A DNA stretch of 64,000 nt from Eledone cirrhosa (GCA_964016885.1 OZ024740.1:367598001-367662000); one strand, 5' to 3'. Numbered from the stretch's first letter, positions 1 to 14,599 are shown. Notes: generated from the letters alone by a model not told the origin. Program-made: numbers and translations.

Positions 1-430
1 AACAAACAACCAACCAGTAACATGTAAATAAACAAATAGATAAATGAACATAAACACACACAGACACCCGGATGTGGCGCATGCGCAGACTGAGCACACA
101 ACACACACACAGAAACAAAATGGCGTAGGACAGAACAAAGGAGAGGCACAGAAACAAAGAAAGAAATCCCCAGTCACTGAAGAGGTCACAGAGTGTGTTA
201 CGAAATAACTATGACTATATATAAACAACTATCTGGTTGTGGAACCAACCAACCAACCAACCAGAAATTTATAAATTTGTAAATTTATAAATATATAATA
301 AATTGAATTGAAAGCATCTGGTGCGTGTGTTTCTTATTGGCAACATGACCCTCCCAAAGTATAACAATATCGGTTTCAACACACGATTTCAGATAAAGAA
401 TCTTGCTAAACAAATTCAGAAACGAAATAT
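1..430 (+). mobile_element. PLE-type pseudo-LTR/3' end (family A) with HHR-like motif and a tail reading MTLPKYNN...
   Basis: HHR-like motif at 172-216. The tail ATGACCCTCCCAAAGTATAACAA recurs at ~474 and ~54833. Related sequence lies at 53064-53255 and 54480-54900. Ends in (TA)n. Confidence 0.55.
172..216 (+). ncRNA. Minimal type-I hammerhead ribozyme motif (imperfect stem II)
   Basis: AGTCA-CTGAAGA-ggtcacagagtgtgttac-GAAA-taac-TA-TGACT. Confidence 0.55.
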
Positions 431-492
431 ATATATATATATATATATATATACTGAGGGGCATATGTGCAATATGACCCTCCCCAAGTATA

Positions 493-584
<92 letters not shown>

Positions 585-679
585 ATAACGAAGGAAATGT
601 GGTAAGGAACCAGGTGGACCATAACGCACCAAACAACTCAATACTTAGGGTAGTAGAGTGGGTAATAGGAACCAGTAGG

Positions 680-773
680 ACCCCGACGGCTGAGCTCAAG
701 CCGTTTCGACGGCTAATTCTGGACTAAATGAAAATTTATCCTGGTATTTAAATAGCCGAGCTTCTCAAGGGGT
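680..773 (-). ncRNA. Type-I hammerhead ribozyme, U3-A8 core variant, full stem III
   Basis: Minus strand: ACCCC-TTGAGAA-gctcggcta...tagccgtc-GAAA-CGGCT tgagctc AGCCG-TC-GGGGT. Confidence 0.8.
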
Positions 774-1108
774 AATTCCTTATATTGTCAAAGTGATTGT
801 CACAATGATTGGTCACAAGTTAGTAGTAATTCTGTGATGGCAAATTAGTGGGGGAAGGGGTAGCTAAACCTGCCAGTAGGAGAAAAAGGGGGAGAGGGTG
901 GATGAGACCCATTCATGCGTTGGTGGTGCCGGCTACAGCTGGGCGTGAGGTCAAAGAAGATACTAGGGAGGGGGGGGGGAAGTCGAAACGGTAAGTAGAA
1001 CAATGATGGTAAAAATATATATAAAAAAAATACTGAGAGTGATAAAAAACGAATAAATGTAAAGAAAAAAATAAGCAATTTCTACGACCTAAGTCTTTCG
1101 CTATTGCT

Positions 1109-1140
<32 letters not shown>

Positions 1141-1908
1141 AAAGTGAAAAATAAAAAAATAATAAATAAATAAACTAGGTGGGACGGAATAGGAAAGGAC
1201 CCTTTTAAGAGGTATAAGTACGTATATCATACGGTGAAGGGTCAACAATGGGGGGGGGGGGGCCCAAAATACTAAAGAAACTACCACGAAATAATTAATA
1301 AAGGTTTCAACCCCAGGCACAAGGCCAGCAACCACTCAGTGCAGAAAAGTAAGCTAGTACGAAATAATAATTCAGAGTCCCGGAAAAAAATATACTAATG
1401 CTAACTCTAAGGGTACCGCCACGCTACAAAAGTTCTTATACAAGCTACATGAAAGTTCGTACGAAGTAAAAGTAGAATACGGAAAATTAATTCAGAATCC
1501 ACCCCGCCCAAAAGAAAAGAGAAGAAAGAAATACTGAATAAATGAGAAATTAAGGCAAGGATGCCACTAAGAAATATAGAAGGCACGGAAAAAAATGACA
1601 GCGGTCGGATAAGGTGGCAAGTATACGAGGTCTAACACAACTGCTATAAAAAGCGGAGTCCGCCCCGCCAAATCTATCGTAGACTAGGGGAGGGGGTGGG
1701 GGTACTGAGGCTACAAGAGGCCGAGAGGCTCCCTCGGGTGGGCGAGAGAAAGACGCCGACAAAGAAAAAGAACTGGGGTAGGAGGACTAGGGAGGGATGG
1801 GGAAGAAGGAAATATAGAGGAAGTGATAAAAGAATATAAAAGATCTTACGTCTCCCTTGGTAAGCAGGGGTTACCCATTACAAAATCGGCAAGTGGGGTG
1901 TTATAGCC

Positions 1909-2775
1909 CTAGTCTACGCCCCCCTGGTAATTATGGGGTTTGAGGGCGAGGTAAGTCCTACGCAATATGTGTTTACGTTCAGTAACCAGTTCATCTTTCT
2001 TGTTTAGGAGTTGGTCCGTCGTAAACAGCATTTGAAAAGTTTCCTCCGAGCATAAATTGCACGGACGGCGTCCTCCTGTGTAAGATTTGGCTCTGGACAT
2101 TAATCTCCAAGTGAGATCATAGGTGATGGTGTTGTCCTTGAGGTCCCATATGTGGCCGATAGTGTAGTGGCGTGACGCCGGGCCGGATTTCGGAAGGTAT
2201 GTCTGTGTTGGTATAGCCGGGTCTTGAAGTCACATGCGGTTAATCCTATATAAGCTTTGTTGGTGGTGTCCGTCCTCACGTTGCACTGGTAGATCACATT
2301 ACGGTCTCTGCATCTGTTGTCGATTGGGAAAATAGATCTATCAGGACAGTTGCACCTCCTGGCCGGCTCTCCACTGCTATTTAGGTTATTTCTTCCATCG
2401 GGGTTAAGTTTTTTGTTGTTGGAGGAGACGATGTTTTGTGCGAAGTTTGGTGTAGTGCTGTAAGATAGTTTGATGGTATTTTTGTTAATTATGTTGTGGT
2501 AGCGGTGTTGTAGTGTGAAGTGTTTTTCAATGAGCCTAAAGAATATTTTTCCCGATGGGAGTTGTCACCTCTGCGTTGTGGGGAGGATTGAACCATGTTA
2601 CATTGTGTGAGCGGCGGTGTCGCCTGCTGGTTCCGCTAATGGGAGCTGGACAGTAGGATAATTGCTCCCGGAAACCACTCCGCTTGAGGGCCTGGTTGTA
2701 ATAAGGCGCATGTTCATCGAATATCTGCTCATTAGCTGACAGACGGCATATGCGGAGGGAGATGGTTTTGACCAG
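1909..2775 (-). pseudogene. Frameshifted PLE C-terminal region/GIY-YIG endonuclease
   Basis: ORF pieces 2100-2297 and 1909-2100 carry a GIY-YIG-like IY..YIG motif and CNLC. Confidence 0.85.
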
Positions 2776-2791
2776 ATATATATATATATAA

Positions 2792-2914
<123 letters not shown>

Positions 2915-3026
2915 TAAGAGGAGTTCCAACTTTGTCTGATTTATTCGTTTTATTTACAATCCTTTAAAATATATAATGGTATTATAATGAAATAGTATGA
3001 TAGAATATTAAATTCTAAGTGTTAAT

Positions 3027-3065
3027 TGAACAAGTACTTTCATGCTTTCGCAATCTTCAGGTTCA
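3027..3065 (-). ncRNA. Minimal type-I hammerhead ribozyme
   Basis: Minus strand: TGAAC-CTGAAGA-ttgc gaaa gcat-GAAA-GTAC-TT-GTTCA, with palindromic loop 3. Confidence 0.85.
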
Positions 3066-3476
3066 TAATATGTGGTGACAGTCGAGTTTGCAATTTTCAA
3101 CTGTAATGAGATGGGTAAATTTCCTACCTTTTATACATTTTATACAGAGAAAAGTGGCTCCAGAATGCTAAGTCCTGTAAACTGTATTTCGACCAATCAG
3201 TGTGTAGTTTCACTGAATTAATAAAGCTGATTGGTTTAAGCGTCACGGCTGGTTGAGCATGCTAACGACCAATGATCATATCCAAAGCATCAATTGTTTT
3301 GCTATGTTTAGAAATGATGAAAATGGCATTTTCTATTAATCCTCACCATCAACATCACTTTTATTATTATTATTATTGTTGTTGTTGTTGTTGTTGTTAG
3401 TGGTCGTGGTCATAGTGGTAGTAGAAGTAGTACCCCTAAGCGTTATTATTGTTCATTTAGCTTGGGTTTGAATTTA

Positions 3477-3920
3477 TCAATAAAATTCTTTGATTTTTCT
3501 CTTGATTTCACTTGGGCTGTGTAATTTGTAGAATGGGAATATTATAAATATTCCCTGACCACATGTTGCCAGGTGGCCGCTTAGGGGTATCTGACGGACA
3601 TTTGGGTCGCTGATTTGTTGACGGTGTACCCGTGCACGTTCCGATAGTGCATTTCCAGTTTGACCGACATATAGTTCTTCACAATTCGGGCATTTAATGC
3701 AGTAAATTAGATTTCTGCTTTTGCAGTTCATATTTGCATTTGGGAATATTTTTCCAGTTTTTGTTTTCATATATTGACCAGCGTGTATGGATTGACATGT
3801 GCCGCATCGACTATCATTGCATTTAGATACAGTGAATGATTGGTCTTTGTTGTTAAGGTTAAACTTTGCTTTTGTTAGTAATTGCTTCAAATTTTTTGGC
3901 TGTCTTTTATTAAGAGTCAA
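3477..3920 (-). pseudogene. PLE GIY-YIG endonuclease domain
   Basis: NLIYCIKCPNCEELYVGQTGNALSERARVH. Confidence 0.9.
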
Positions 3921-3951
3921 AGATCGATCTGTGATTAAGCCTTTTAATTCA

Positions 3952-5345
3952 TTACTTTGAGCAATGATCCGTAGGTTTAGAAGTGTTGAATATATTCTGG
4001 TGACATGGGTTGTGTGTCATTATAAATGGTATGACCAGTTCTTGGTTTCTTCTTCCTTGGGTTGTTCTAAGTTGTTGTATAGGTATTTTTATAGCCCGCT
4101 GTATGCCATTTTCTATAAGTAGAGATGGGTATTTTTGTTTGAGCAAAAATTCTCTTAGTTCTGTTAGGCGTTTGTACCTGGTATTCGTATCTTCTACAAT
4201 CGTACAAATTCTTCTGGCTAGGCAGTATGGGATGTTGCGTTTTGTATGAGGTGGATGGCACGACTTAAAATTCAGATATTGATGGGTGTCTGTGTGTTTA
4301 TAATATATATCCGTGGTAATGGTGGTGTCGTTTTTGATTATCATTATATCTAGGAATGGTAATTTGGTCCTACTCATCTCTTTTGTGAATTGGAGAGATG
4401 GGTGTAGGTTATTCAGGAGGATAATGAACTCATCCAGAGTATCTAGAGATTCTGTCCAGATGATGAAACAGTCGTCAAGGTATCTCTTCCAAGATTTTTC
4501 AATGTACTTTCTAAAGTCAGTACTATATTTTTCCTCTATTTCTTGATAGAGTTGATGTTCTAAGTATCCCATTACAGAGTTCGCGTAAACGGGAGCAAAC
4601 TTCGTTCCCATCGCTGTGCCTCTAATTTGGATGTAATTCTTTCCATTGAAGAAGAAAGTGTTGTTTTCCAGAATAAGTTTAACTGCGTCTAATATAAATG
4701 GCGTTGTGAATCTAATGGGAATCACTTCTCTATGTTTTTACACCCAGTATTTAACCGCCTTTATTCCTAAATCATCTGTAATGTTGGTGTAAAGGCTTAC
4801 CACATCAAAACTCAGTAGAAGTGAATTCGTTTCCGTGGTTTTGGGAAGATGGGCAGGAAGTCGATATCATCCCGGATGAAACTGGGTATGTGAATACATA
4901 GTGGTTTCAAAATAATGTCAACAAAATTGCTTAGAGGGTGGGTGGGGCATGTTGGACCTGCTATAATAGGTCTAAGTTTTAAGTCTTTTGGGTGTAATAA
5001 TTTAATGTACTCACTGTTTTGTTCTCTTACTGCCAGTTGTATTTCTTTTGACTTATGAACTTTCGGTAGGCCATACAGGCTGCTGGGTTTCGGCTCAAAA
5101 TTGGTGATGTAGTCTCTTTCCTTATCAGTAAATGAGTTGTGGTATTTTGAAGCCAGGTTGTTGATCTTCTTCATGATGTTGTGGTCTATATTTGACGGTA
5201 TTTCATGATAGAATGTTGTGTCTTTCAGTTGTTCCTTAACCAAATCCTTGTAGTATTCAGTATCCATTATAACAACTGCACCCCCTTTATCTGCTTGTTT
5301 AATTATTATTATTTTATCATTTTGTATACGTTTAAGTGCAGACAT
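3952..5345 (-). pseudogene. PLE reverse transcriptase (broken by frameshifts)
   Basis: ORFs 4812-5345 and 3952-4725 contain QIRGTAMGTKFAP, WKRYLDD, LPFLDI and YYKHTDTHQYL..SCHP. Confidence 0.93.
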
Positions 5346-6164
5346 TTCTGATTTGTTAATGTTTGGCCTAACATTAGTATTATGTCTAAGAGGAAATTTA
5401 GACAGGATGTCAATGTATTGGTCGAGATAGATATTTCTTCATTTTGGCGGAGTGAAATTTGATTTATTCTTTACTAGTGATTCATCACTCTCATTATTTT
5501 TATCAGCGAAGAATTCTACAAGACGTAATTTTCGACAGAATTCTTGGGTATCCTCCTTCAGTTCTTGGTGGTTAACTGTTGGAGTCGGTGTGAATTTCAG
5601 TTCTTTGGACAGAATTTGCATTTCATCATTGTCAAGATCTCTTTTAGATAAATTAATTATTTTAGGATCTACGTGTACAGCTGTTTTGGGTATGTTTCCT
5701 CCTGGAGTTTTTCTTTTTCCGGTTTTTGTTGTCCTGACGTTAAAAAATGGATTTTTCTCTGTTTAGGATTTATATTCATGTTGGTGTTCGCTTGATGAAC
5801 TTTTGGTCGTGATATTATATTTGGTTTCTTTATGTATTTTGTCCTATTTTTGGTATTCTGTATATTATTTTTCTTCCTGTTAGCATTATTTTTAACAATC
5901 TGGGAAAATGACCTAGGTTTGCTTTCAGGTTTAGATCGTTTTTTCGTCCAGTTTCTTGTGGGCAATCTATGTTGAGATCTTGAGAGTGATCTGGTTATTC
6001 TACGTTTTGTTTCCACATTCCTTGTTGGTAGTCTCTGTTGAGATCTTGAGAATGATCTCCTGGTTTTACTACTTCTCATGGTCTGGTCAAAGGAATATCT
6101 ATCGTGTTTGTGCTTTTTGTTCATGTTGTGTGCGATAGGGTGTTTTTGTAGAAAAAGCGAAGAG

Positions 6165-6228
<64 letters not shown>

Positions 6229-6231
<3 letters not shown>

Positions 6232-8810
6232 TGTTTACACAACAGTTAGTTGACCATACCGAGAACAATTGTAGCACCTTAGTGAATCCTCAGCTCGTAA
6301 TGGACATGGTTATACGGAACAGGAAGGACAACCGTACAAACGCGCATGCGCAGAAACGATCACTTCAGACAACCAATACTAAATTGCGTGCGAGATTTGT
6401 AAGGGAGATAACTGCGAAAGTCCGAAAAGATCCTAGTTGATAAGAAAATTAGGATGTTGTTGTAATTCAATCCGGAGCTTTGTAGTTATGTAAGAGGTGT
6501 TTCCAGACGTGTGGACAACGTGTGAAGTGACCACAGCTTCATAAACTACAGCGAGTGTGTTGCATTGATGTTGAAGGGGACAAGATTCGGGCTTACGGCA
6601 AGAGCACCCTGGTGGGGAGTTGCTATTAGGGATGTTGGTGATTTGGGCCTACATGTTCTTAGCGCAGGAGTATCCTAGTTTTACTTTGTGTCGGTTAAAG
6701 ATGGAGCGGTAATTATGACCTATGGGAAAGTGTCTAATTAAGAGGGCTAGAAATGTTTTGCCCACATTGGTTTTAACGTTGAGTGAGAAGGGAGGAGAGA
6801 ACCAGATAGTTTGTGTATTGTTAGGCTTTCTTTTCTTATTGGTGTTGTTGTTAGGGGGAGAGTAAGTGATAGGTTGCGAGAGAACTTGCCTCCGCCCTTC
6901 AGGTAGATAAGAAGCTACAATCTCTAGCTAAGCGGGAGGCGTTCCTCACCCTGAAGGACCGCAAGCTAGACTTTATTTCTAACACGATATGTACACTAAT
7001 AAATCTGACACGCACATATAAGTGACTAGTCAGTAAGGCCATACTTATAAAGATAGTTAAGACCACTAGGACCAAGTCCAACCTGTCCCAGTGGGAGAAC
7101 AGCGACTCCGTAATTAAACCGTTTAACTCCTTCAAATCCCAAAAAGCGAAGTTCACACAGTTTGACATTGTTGATCTTTACCCGTCTATCTCAGAGACCC
7201 TGTTCAACAAAGCGTTGGACTTTGCTACCACTTACACTACCGTCGATGGTTTAGACAGGGAAATCAACGCTCACTGCCGGAAACCCTCCTATTCAACAAC
7301 GGAGTAGCCTGGGCAAAGAAGTCAACAACTTCAGACCTATTGGACGTCTCCATGGGATCGTTTGACAGTGCTGACGTATGCGACTTGGTTGGCTTATTTA
7401 TTTTGACATATTACGTGTTAGATTCCCGGACTTCTACACGGGAATATACCGCGACGATGGACTGATCTTATCGAGCCATAAAAGTGGTCACGACCTCGAC
7501 CGGTTTAAGAAAGACTTAGCTTCTACCTTCAATGAGTTAGGACTTAGGATAACAGTAGATATAAACCTCTCTAGCATAGATTTCTTAGACATTAATTTAG
7601 ACGTTCGCACACACACCTACATACCCTTCCATAAGGTAAACGAAAAACTCAATTACATTCACAAGGACTCATGCCATCCTCCCACTCTTTTTAGAAACTT
7701 CGTAAATAATATCAGTACAAGAATCTCAAACCGCTCCTCTAATAGGGCTATCTTTGACAGGGCGGCACGCTACTCTAACACGGCATTAGCTACGAGCGGC
7801 TTCTCGCAACCTATCACTTACTCTCCCACTAACAACAACACCAATAAGAAAAGAAAACCTAAAAATAGACAAACTATCTGGTTCTCACTCAACGTTATAA
7901 CCAATGTAGGCAAACTATTTCTAGCCCTCTTAGATAGACACTTTCACATATGTCATAAATACCGACACAAAGTAACCGACACAAAGTAAAACTAGGATAC
8001 TCCTGCGCTAAGTATATGCAGGCCCACATCACCAACAGCCCTAAGAGCAGCACCCCACTAGGGTGCTCTTGCCGTAAGCCCGAAACTTGTCCCCTTCAAC
8101 AGCAATGCAATACACCCGCTGTAATTTATGAAGCTGTGGTCACTTCCAACCGACCAAATCAACCACAGGAGGTCAATCCTATTTGGGTATGGTGGAGGGG
8201 CGATTTAAGGAGCGCTTCCTGAACCACCAGTCGACCTTTAGATACCCGAACAGACGTTCATCCACGAAACTCGCGAGCCACGTATGGTCCCCCAAGTACC
8301 CAAGTATAGACTACTCCATTCAATGGAAAGCCATCACTGAGTCCAAGCCATACACAAGGGGCAATCCGTCGTGTAGACTTTGTATTGATGAACGAGTAAA
8401 TATTCTAAAGAGATTACGCAATAGTGATTGCCTAAAAGCGAGTATTGAATTCTTCACACGTTGTCCACACGTCTGGAAACACCTCTTACATAACTACAAA
8501 GCTCCGGATTGAATTAAAACAACATCCGAATTTTCTTATCAACTAGAAACTTTTCGGACTTTCTCAGTTATCTCCCTTACAACGCTCGCACGCAATTTCG
8601 TTTCTGCGAATGCGCGTTCGTACGGTTGTCCTTCCTGTTCCGGTTGTCCTTCCGGTTGTATAACCATGTCCATTACGAGCTGAGGATCCGCTAAGGTGAT
8701 ACAATTGTTCTCGTTATGGTGAATTAACTGCTGTATAACCACTTCTACCTAACTCGTCCCATGGACTGAGGGCTCTACCATGCGGATATTACCTTCCCGT
8801 GTTCTACCAC
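6229..8810 (+). mobile_element. Penelope-like element with inverted, internally deleted copy of its 3' end at the 5' side
   Basis: Plus-strand RT (FDIVDLYPSI, MGSFDSA, IYRDDG, IDFLDI) and GIY-YIG remnants at ~6900-8512. Region 6229-6875 is the reverse complement of parts of ~7800-8740. Degenerate HHR at 8675-8714 (GATA in place of GAAA). Confidence 0.9.
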
Positions 8811-9247
8811 TATATATATATATATAGAGAGAGATCCATACACAATATATTTATATATGCATGTGTGTGTGTGCGTGTGTGAGCCTGCAAGGACACTGAT
8901 ATTCTCGTACATAAGCAATATTACACAGATAATAGCTTTACAACCACAGTAATTGTCTGACATGAACCACTCTGTCTATACCCTCACAGCTATGTGCAGA
9001 CACAAATATACACGCCCCCACACAAGATTACTGCAACTTTCACATAGAATGTGTCTTCTCTATACCAGCCGTTTATTTTCTTTACTTTCTTTCGTTACTC
9101 TTATCTTTCATTTTAATCTATTCTTCTCCCCTATCCCAATTTCTGTTCTGGTTCTCATTTTATCCTCCAGTGAAGTACGAGCCTCAATATTCCAATCGTT
9201 ACAATTCTAATAATATCAAGCACAAATACACACACATGCCACATGCA

Positions 9248-9311
<64 letters not shown>

Positions 9312-9356
9312 TAAACAAATAATGAACAAACAATTCCTTATATTAAACAAAAAAAG

Positions 9357-9511
9357 TTCACTATTTAACGATCGTTTCTAGGGTATATATGTGTTATAAT
9401 TGGTATGCATATTTAACAGATCTATGTACAAAATTATACAAAATTATACAAATTATCAAGATTAAATATACATACCTAACTCATATATACGCCGTCTTCA
9501 GAAATAATGAA
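9357..9511 (-). ncRNA. Type-I hammerhead ribozyme with long stem II (inverted-arm copy)
   Basis: Reverse complement of the motif at 13692-13846. Confidence 0.8.
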
Positions 9512-10298
9512 GTATATTTATTGATAATAACAACAATTCAAAATATCAGTTCAAAATTGACCAATGAAAACACAAAGGGTTAAAAAGCAGTTTGGTGTGT
9601 GTATATACATGTAAAACCCTACACACATTTTACAATAATGTGTGTATAATCTGTATGTGCATACTAAAAAGATGGATGCAAATAAAAAATTTCAAGGTTA
9701 ATATCTCTGTAAGCTTAATGCGCTGATAAGATACGCAATGATACTTATGGAGTCAAGCATATAAATATATTTTTTTCATACTCACACATATCAGTATAAT
9801 CACACATACATGTTCGTATATATATAAATATACACATAACCACGAACACACAAACACACATACTCCCCCACTCACATTTATATATGTGGATATAAAATCA
9901 TAAGCAAATAGAAATTAAGTCACTCACATAAACACACTGGTACACACATTTCAAGATCAAGATACAGAAATTAGGTGGGAGGGGGGGGGAGGGGTCAGTA
10001 TTAGACTGTCAGACCAGACAACCTTAATATAAATGTATCTATAAATTATGAAAAATAAAAAAATAAAAACAATAAAATATAATACATATAATATAATGTA
10101 CATACGCATACAGATATACATACGCATACAGATATACATACACATACATACATGTACGCGCACATAGAGATATCTATACATACATACATACACACATACC
10201 TATACTGTCATACACACACATACATTTACACGAACATACACATACACATATAAAAAGATATAAATACGGACACACACACGCGCAACACATACATACAT

Positions 10299-10343
<45 letters not shown>

Positions 10344-10452
10344 TATACACACACACGTAGACTCATATATATATACATACACATACATACATTTATACAC
10401 AAACATATATATCCCACACTCATACCACCATAAAAACACATACAAACATCCA

Positions 10453-10495
<43 letters not shown>

Positions 10496-10708
10496 ACATA
10501 CACACACGTACACACATATGTATATATACATACATATATACACACATACACATATATATATACACACACACACATAAAATACAGACATGCACATATATAT
10601 ATATATATATATATATTTCATTACTCTTATATATACACATAGTATATATACATACACAACCTCACTTATACACATATACACATAAGTTATATTACAATAA
10701 TAATAAAG

Positions 10709-10745
<37 letters not shown>

Positions 10746-10888
10746 TATACACACATATACACATATACATACATATACATACACATACATACATACATAC
10801 ACATACATACATACACCTAAATATAAACATATATAAATACACACATACGAATAAAGACATATATTCACACATAGACACCTATATACAC

Positions 10889-10920
<32 letters not shown>

Positions 10921-10950
10921 CTATATACACACACATATACATACATACAC

Positions 10951-10988
<38 letters not shown>

Positions 10989-12856
10989 GCACACACATAC
11001 AGACACACATACACACTCACATATATATATATATATATATATATGTGTATGTGAGTGTGCGCAAATACATATATATATATACACACACACATACAAACAC
11101 ACACAAACACATACATATGCATACGTGCACACACACACACATATATCACATAGATACGAAGATAAACATATAAATAGAGAGACATACAAATATATACAGA
11201 ACCCATATACACATACATACAAACACGCATATACATATATATACATATATACACACATATATATTCCTATATATAAGCATACACATACAAACACATATAT
11301 ACATATACATACACATATACATACCACACATTCACATACACGTACATATATAATACATATATATACATATATATACATACATATGTATGTACAATCATAT
11401 ATACACACTCAATCTTACATTCATATTTACATGCTCATATATGTATTTTTATATTTAGAAATAAATACCAAAAAAACTATATAGACACCCATCTACACAT
11501 ATATTCATACATATACACTTACAAAAACAGATGATAATAGTATGGGGGAAAGGGGGGGTTTGGAGAAGGGGATCAAAGTAAATATATGTTTCAAGAAACA
11601 TATAATATTTTCCATATCTTAATTCAATGTATGTTCCTACATATTTTCAGTGCTAGGAAATACGAAATCTATGCATCACAAAATAAAAAAGTATACTATT
11701 AATCATATGTCAACTAAACCAAAGATAGTCAACATATTGATTTCCAAGGTGTAAATTAGTTAGGTTTATAATATTTGAAGCAGAATTATGAAGTCAAACA
11801 GTAGTAGATTATTAATTACATTATAACTAAATTAAAGTTAATAACGTTATGGTATCAATATTAGGAGATGAATTTAGTAATAGGGAAAAGAAACCCAAAT
11901 AAAAATAAAATAAAGTATTACATCGGTAGTAGCATATAAATTATATGTTAACTAAGTTAAAAATTATATATTTATTTCAATAGTATATGTTAATTAGTAT
12001 ATGTTAATTAGGTATACAATACATAAAGCAGATATTGTATTTCATCAATAGCATAATATAATTATATGCAAATAAAAATCAAAATTAATACGCATACATA
12101 TACATATACATACACATACACATACATATACATATACATACACATATATATATATATATATACATATATATACACATACATACATATATAGTCACATAAA
12201 TATACATACAGATACACATACAACACACACATATACATATACATATAGATATACATATCTTTTTCAAAAAATTTGCACAGAATATATTAACTAGGTATAT
12301 ATCCAAAAACACCTCCCATTCTATGATTACATGACATTCTGCAATTCGTCTGTACAAGGATACTAATTTTAAGCAAATTAAAGTTAAAATTAAAGTTTTA
12401 GGTTGATTAAAGCTAAAACCAAATAATAAATATATTTCCAAAATGTATATTAATTAGGTCAATAATACTAAAAATTCTTTCTCCGTCATAGGATACATGA
12501 TATTATTTTGTTATATTTTATCTGTAAAAGAATTATAATAAAAAAAATTATAATAAAAGGTTAAACTAAATTAAAAAATTATAATAAAAGGTTAAAATAA
12601 GTTAAAATTAATCTATAAATTAAATTACTGAATATATATTAGTAATATTTAAAGGTTTTTCAAAATTAATGATTACATAATATTTTCTCATCTGTAATAA
12701 AATATTAATTAAATTAAATTTATAGGTTAACTAACATTTAAATTAAATGGATGTTTGTATGTGTTTTTATGGTGGTATGAGTGTGGGATATATATGTTTG
12801 TGTATAAATGTATGTATGTGTATGTATATATATATGAGTCTACGTGTGTGTGTATA

Positions 12857-12903
<47 letters not shown>

Positions 12904-13691
12904 ATGTATGTATGTGTTGCGCGTGTGTGTGTCCGTATTTATATCTTTTTATATGTGTATGTGTATGTTCGTGTAAATGTATGTGTGTGTATGACAGTAT
13001 AGGTATGTGTGTATGTATGTATGTATAGATATCTCTATGTGCGCGTACATGTATGTATGTGTATGTATATCTGTATGCGTATGTATATCTGTATGCGTAT
13101 GTACATTATATTATATATATTATATTTTATTGTTTTTATTTTTTTATTTTTCATAATTTATAGATACATTTATATTAAGGTTGTCTGGTCTGACAGTCTA
13201 ATACTGACCCCTCCCCCCCCCCTCCCACCTAATTTCTGTATCTTGATCTTGAAATGTGTGTACCAGTGTGTTTATGTGAGTGACTTAATTTCTATTTGCT
13301 TATGATTTTATATCCACATATATAAATGTGAGTGGGGGAGTATGTGTGTTTGTGTGTTCGTGGTTATGTGTATATTTATATATATACGAACATGTATGTG
13401 TGATTATACTGATATGTGTGAGTATGAAAAAAATATATTTATATGCTTGACTCCATAAGTATCATTGCGTATCTTATCAGCGCATTAAGCTTACAGAGAT
13501 ATTAACCTTGAAATTTTTTATTTGCATCCATCTTTTTAGTATGCACATACAGATTATACACACATTATTGTAAAATGTGTGTAGGGTTTTACATGTATAT
13601 ACACACACCAAACTGATTTTTAACCCTTTGTGTTTTCATTGGTCAATTTTGAACTGATATTTTGAATTGTTGTTATTATCAATAAATATAC

Positions 13692-13846
13692 TTCATTATT
13701 TCTGAAGACGGCGTATATATGAGTTAGGTATGTATATTTAATCTTGATAATTTGTATAATTTTGTATAATTTTGTACATAGATCTGTTAAATATGCATAC
13801 CAATTATAACACATATATACCCTAGAAACGATCGTTAAATAGTGAA
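13692..13846 (+). ncRNA. Type-I hammerhead ribozyme with ~115-nt stem-loop II
   Basis: TTCATTATTT-CTGAAGA-[long hairpin]-GAAA-C GATC G-TT-AAATAGTGAA, with a 10-bp stem I. Confidence 0.82.
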
Positions 13847-14031
13847 CTTTTTTTGTTTAATATAAGGAATTGTTTGTTCATTATTTGTTTAATATTTTAT
13901 CTTGACTCTGTATACCGTTTATCTTTCACCGAAATTGGATTTTCATTACATCTCTTCTTTCCATGATATCCGGAATACATTGAGTTCTTCATACGGATTG
14001 GACACTACCGTAAACTCTTGGTAGATTTATC

Positions 14032-14082
<51 letters not shown>

Positions 14083-14599
14083 CTCATTATCTATCTTTGT
14101 CTCACCACATAGGTATATTTGTATGTAAGCATCTATGTATGTATGTATATGTGTGTGTATGCATGCATGCATACATTTATTTATATATATATGCATGCAT
14201 GCATACATGCGTGTATGTATGCACATATACATATCTGCTTATTTGTGTGGAAAGTGTATCGGTTTGAGTATTCATAAGAAAGTCTGCAATGTGAAATTGG
14301 ATTCTTACATACAATTTCTCCATAAATGTTAATTTACACTTACATACCACAGCATTAACATTGTTATTTCCCAGCTCCAGGTCAAACCTGGGTCAGGGAA
14401 ATTAGGATTAAATATTTTACCGCCATAACAACAGTGTCTTTTATGAAAAAGCATAACAACCAAGCCTTTTTAACAAGAAATATGAACACACAGAATTAGT
14501 TTGCTACAAAAGGAGATTGATAGATTAGCTACCCACCCAACCATAAACTAAGCAGCTGCATGTTGGGATGCATACTCCCACCAATTTGAGCAGAGAAAC

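Larger units (their letters stand above)
581..2776 (-). mobile_element. 5'-truncated Penelope-like element (GIY-YIG end, ~1.2 kb 3' UTR, HHR pseudo-LTR)
   Basis: Minus-strand remnants WFNPP and VIYQCNV..AYIGLTACDFKTRLYQH, RPCNLC. Flanked by (TA)n. Confidence 0.85.
9305..14035. mobile_element. Large non-coding fold-back element with ~1.15 kb inverted arms, each with an HHR
   Basis: 9305-10452 is a near-exact reverse complement of 12748-13900. (TA)n on both flanks. Confidence 0.85.
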
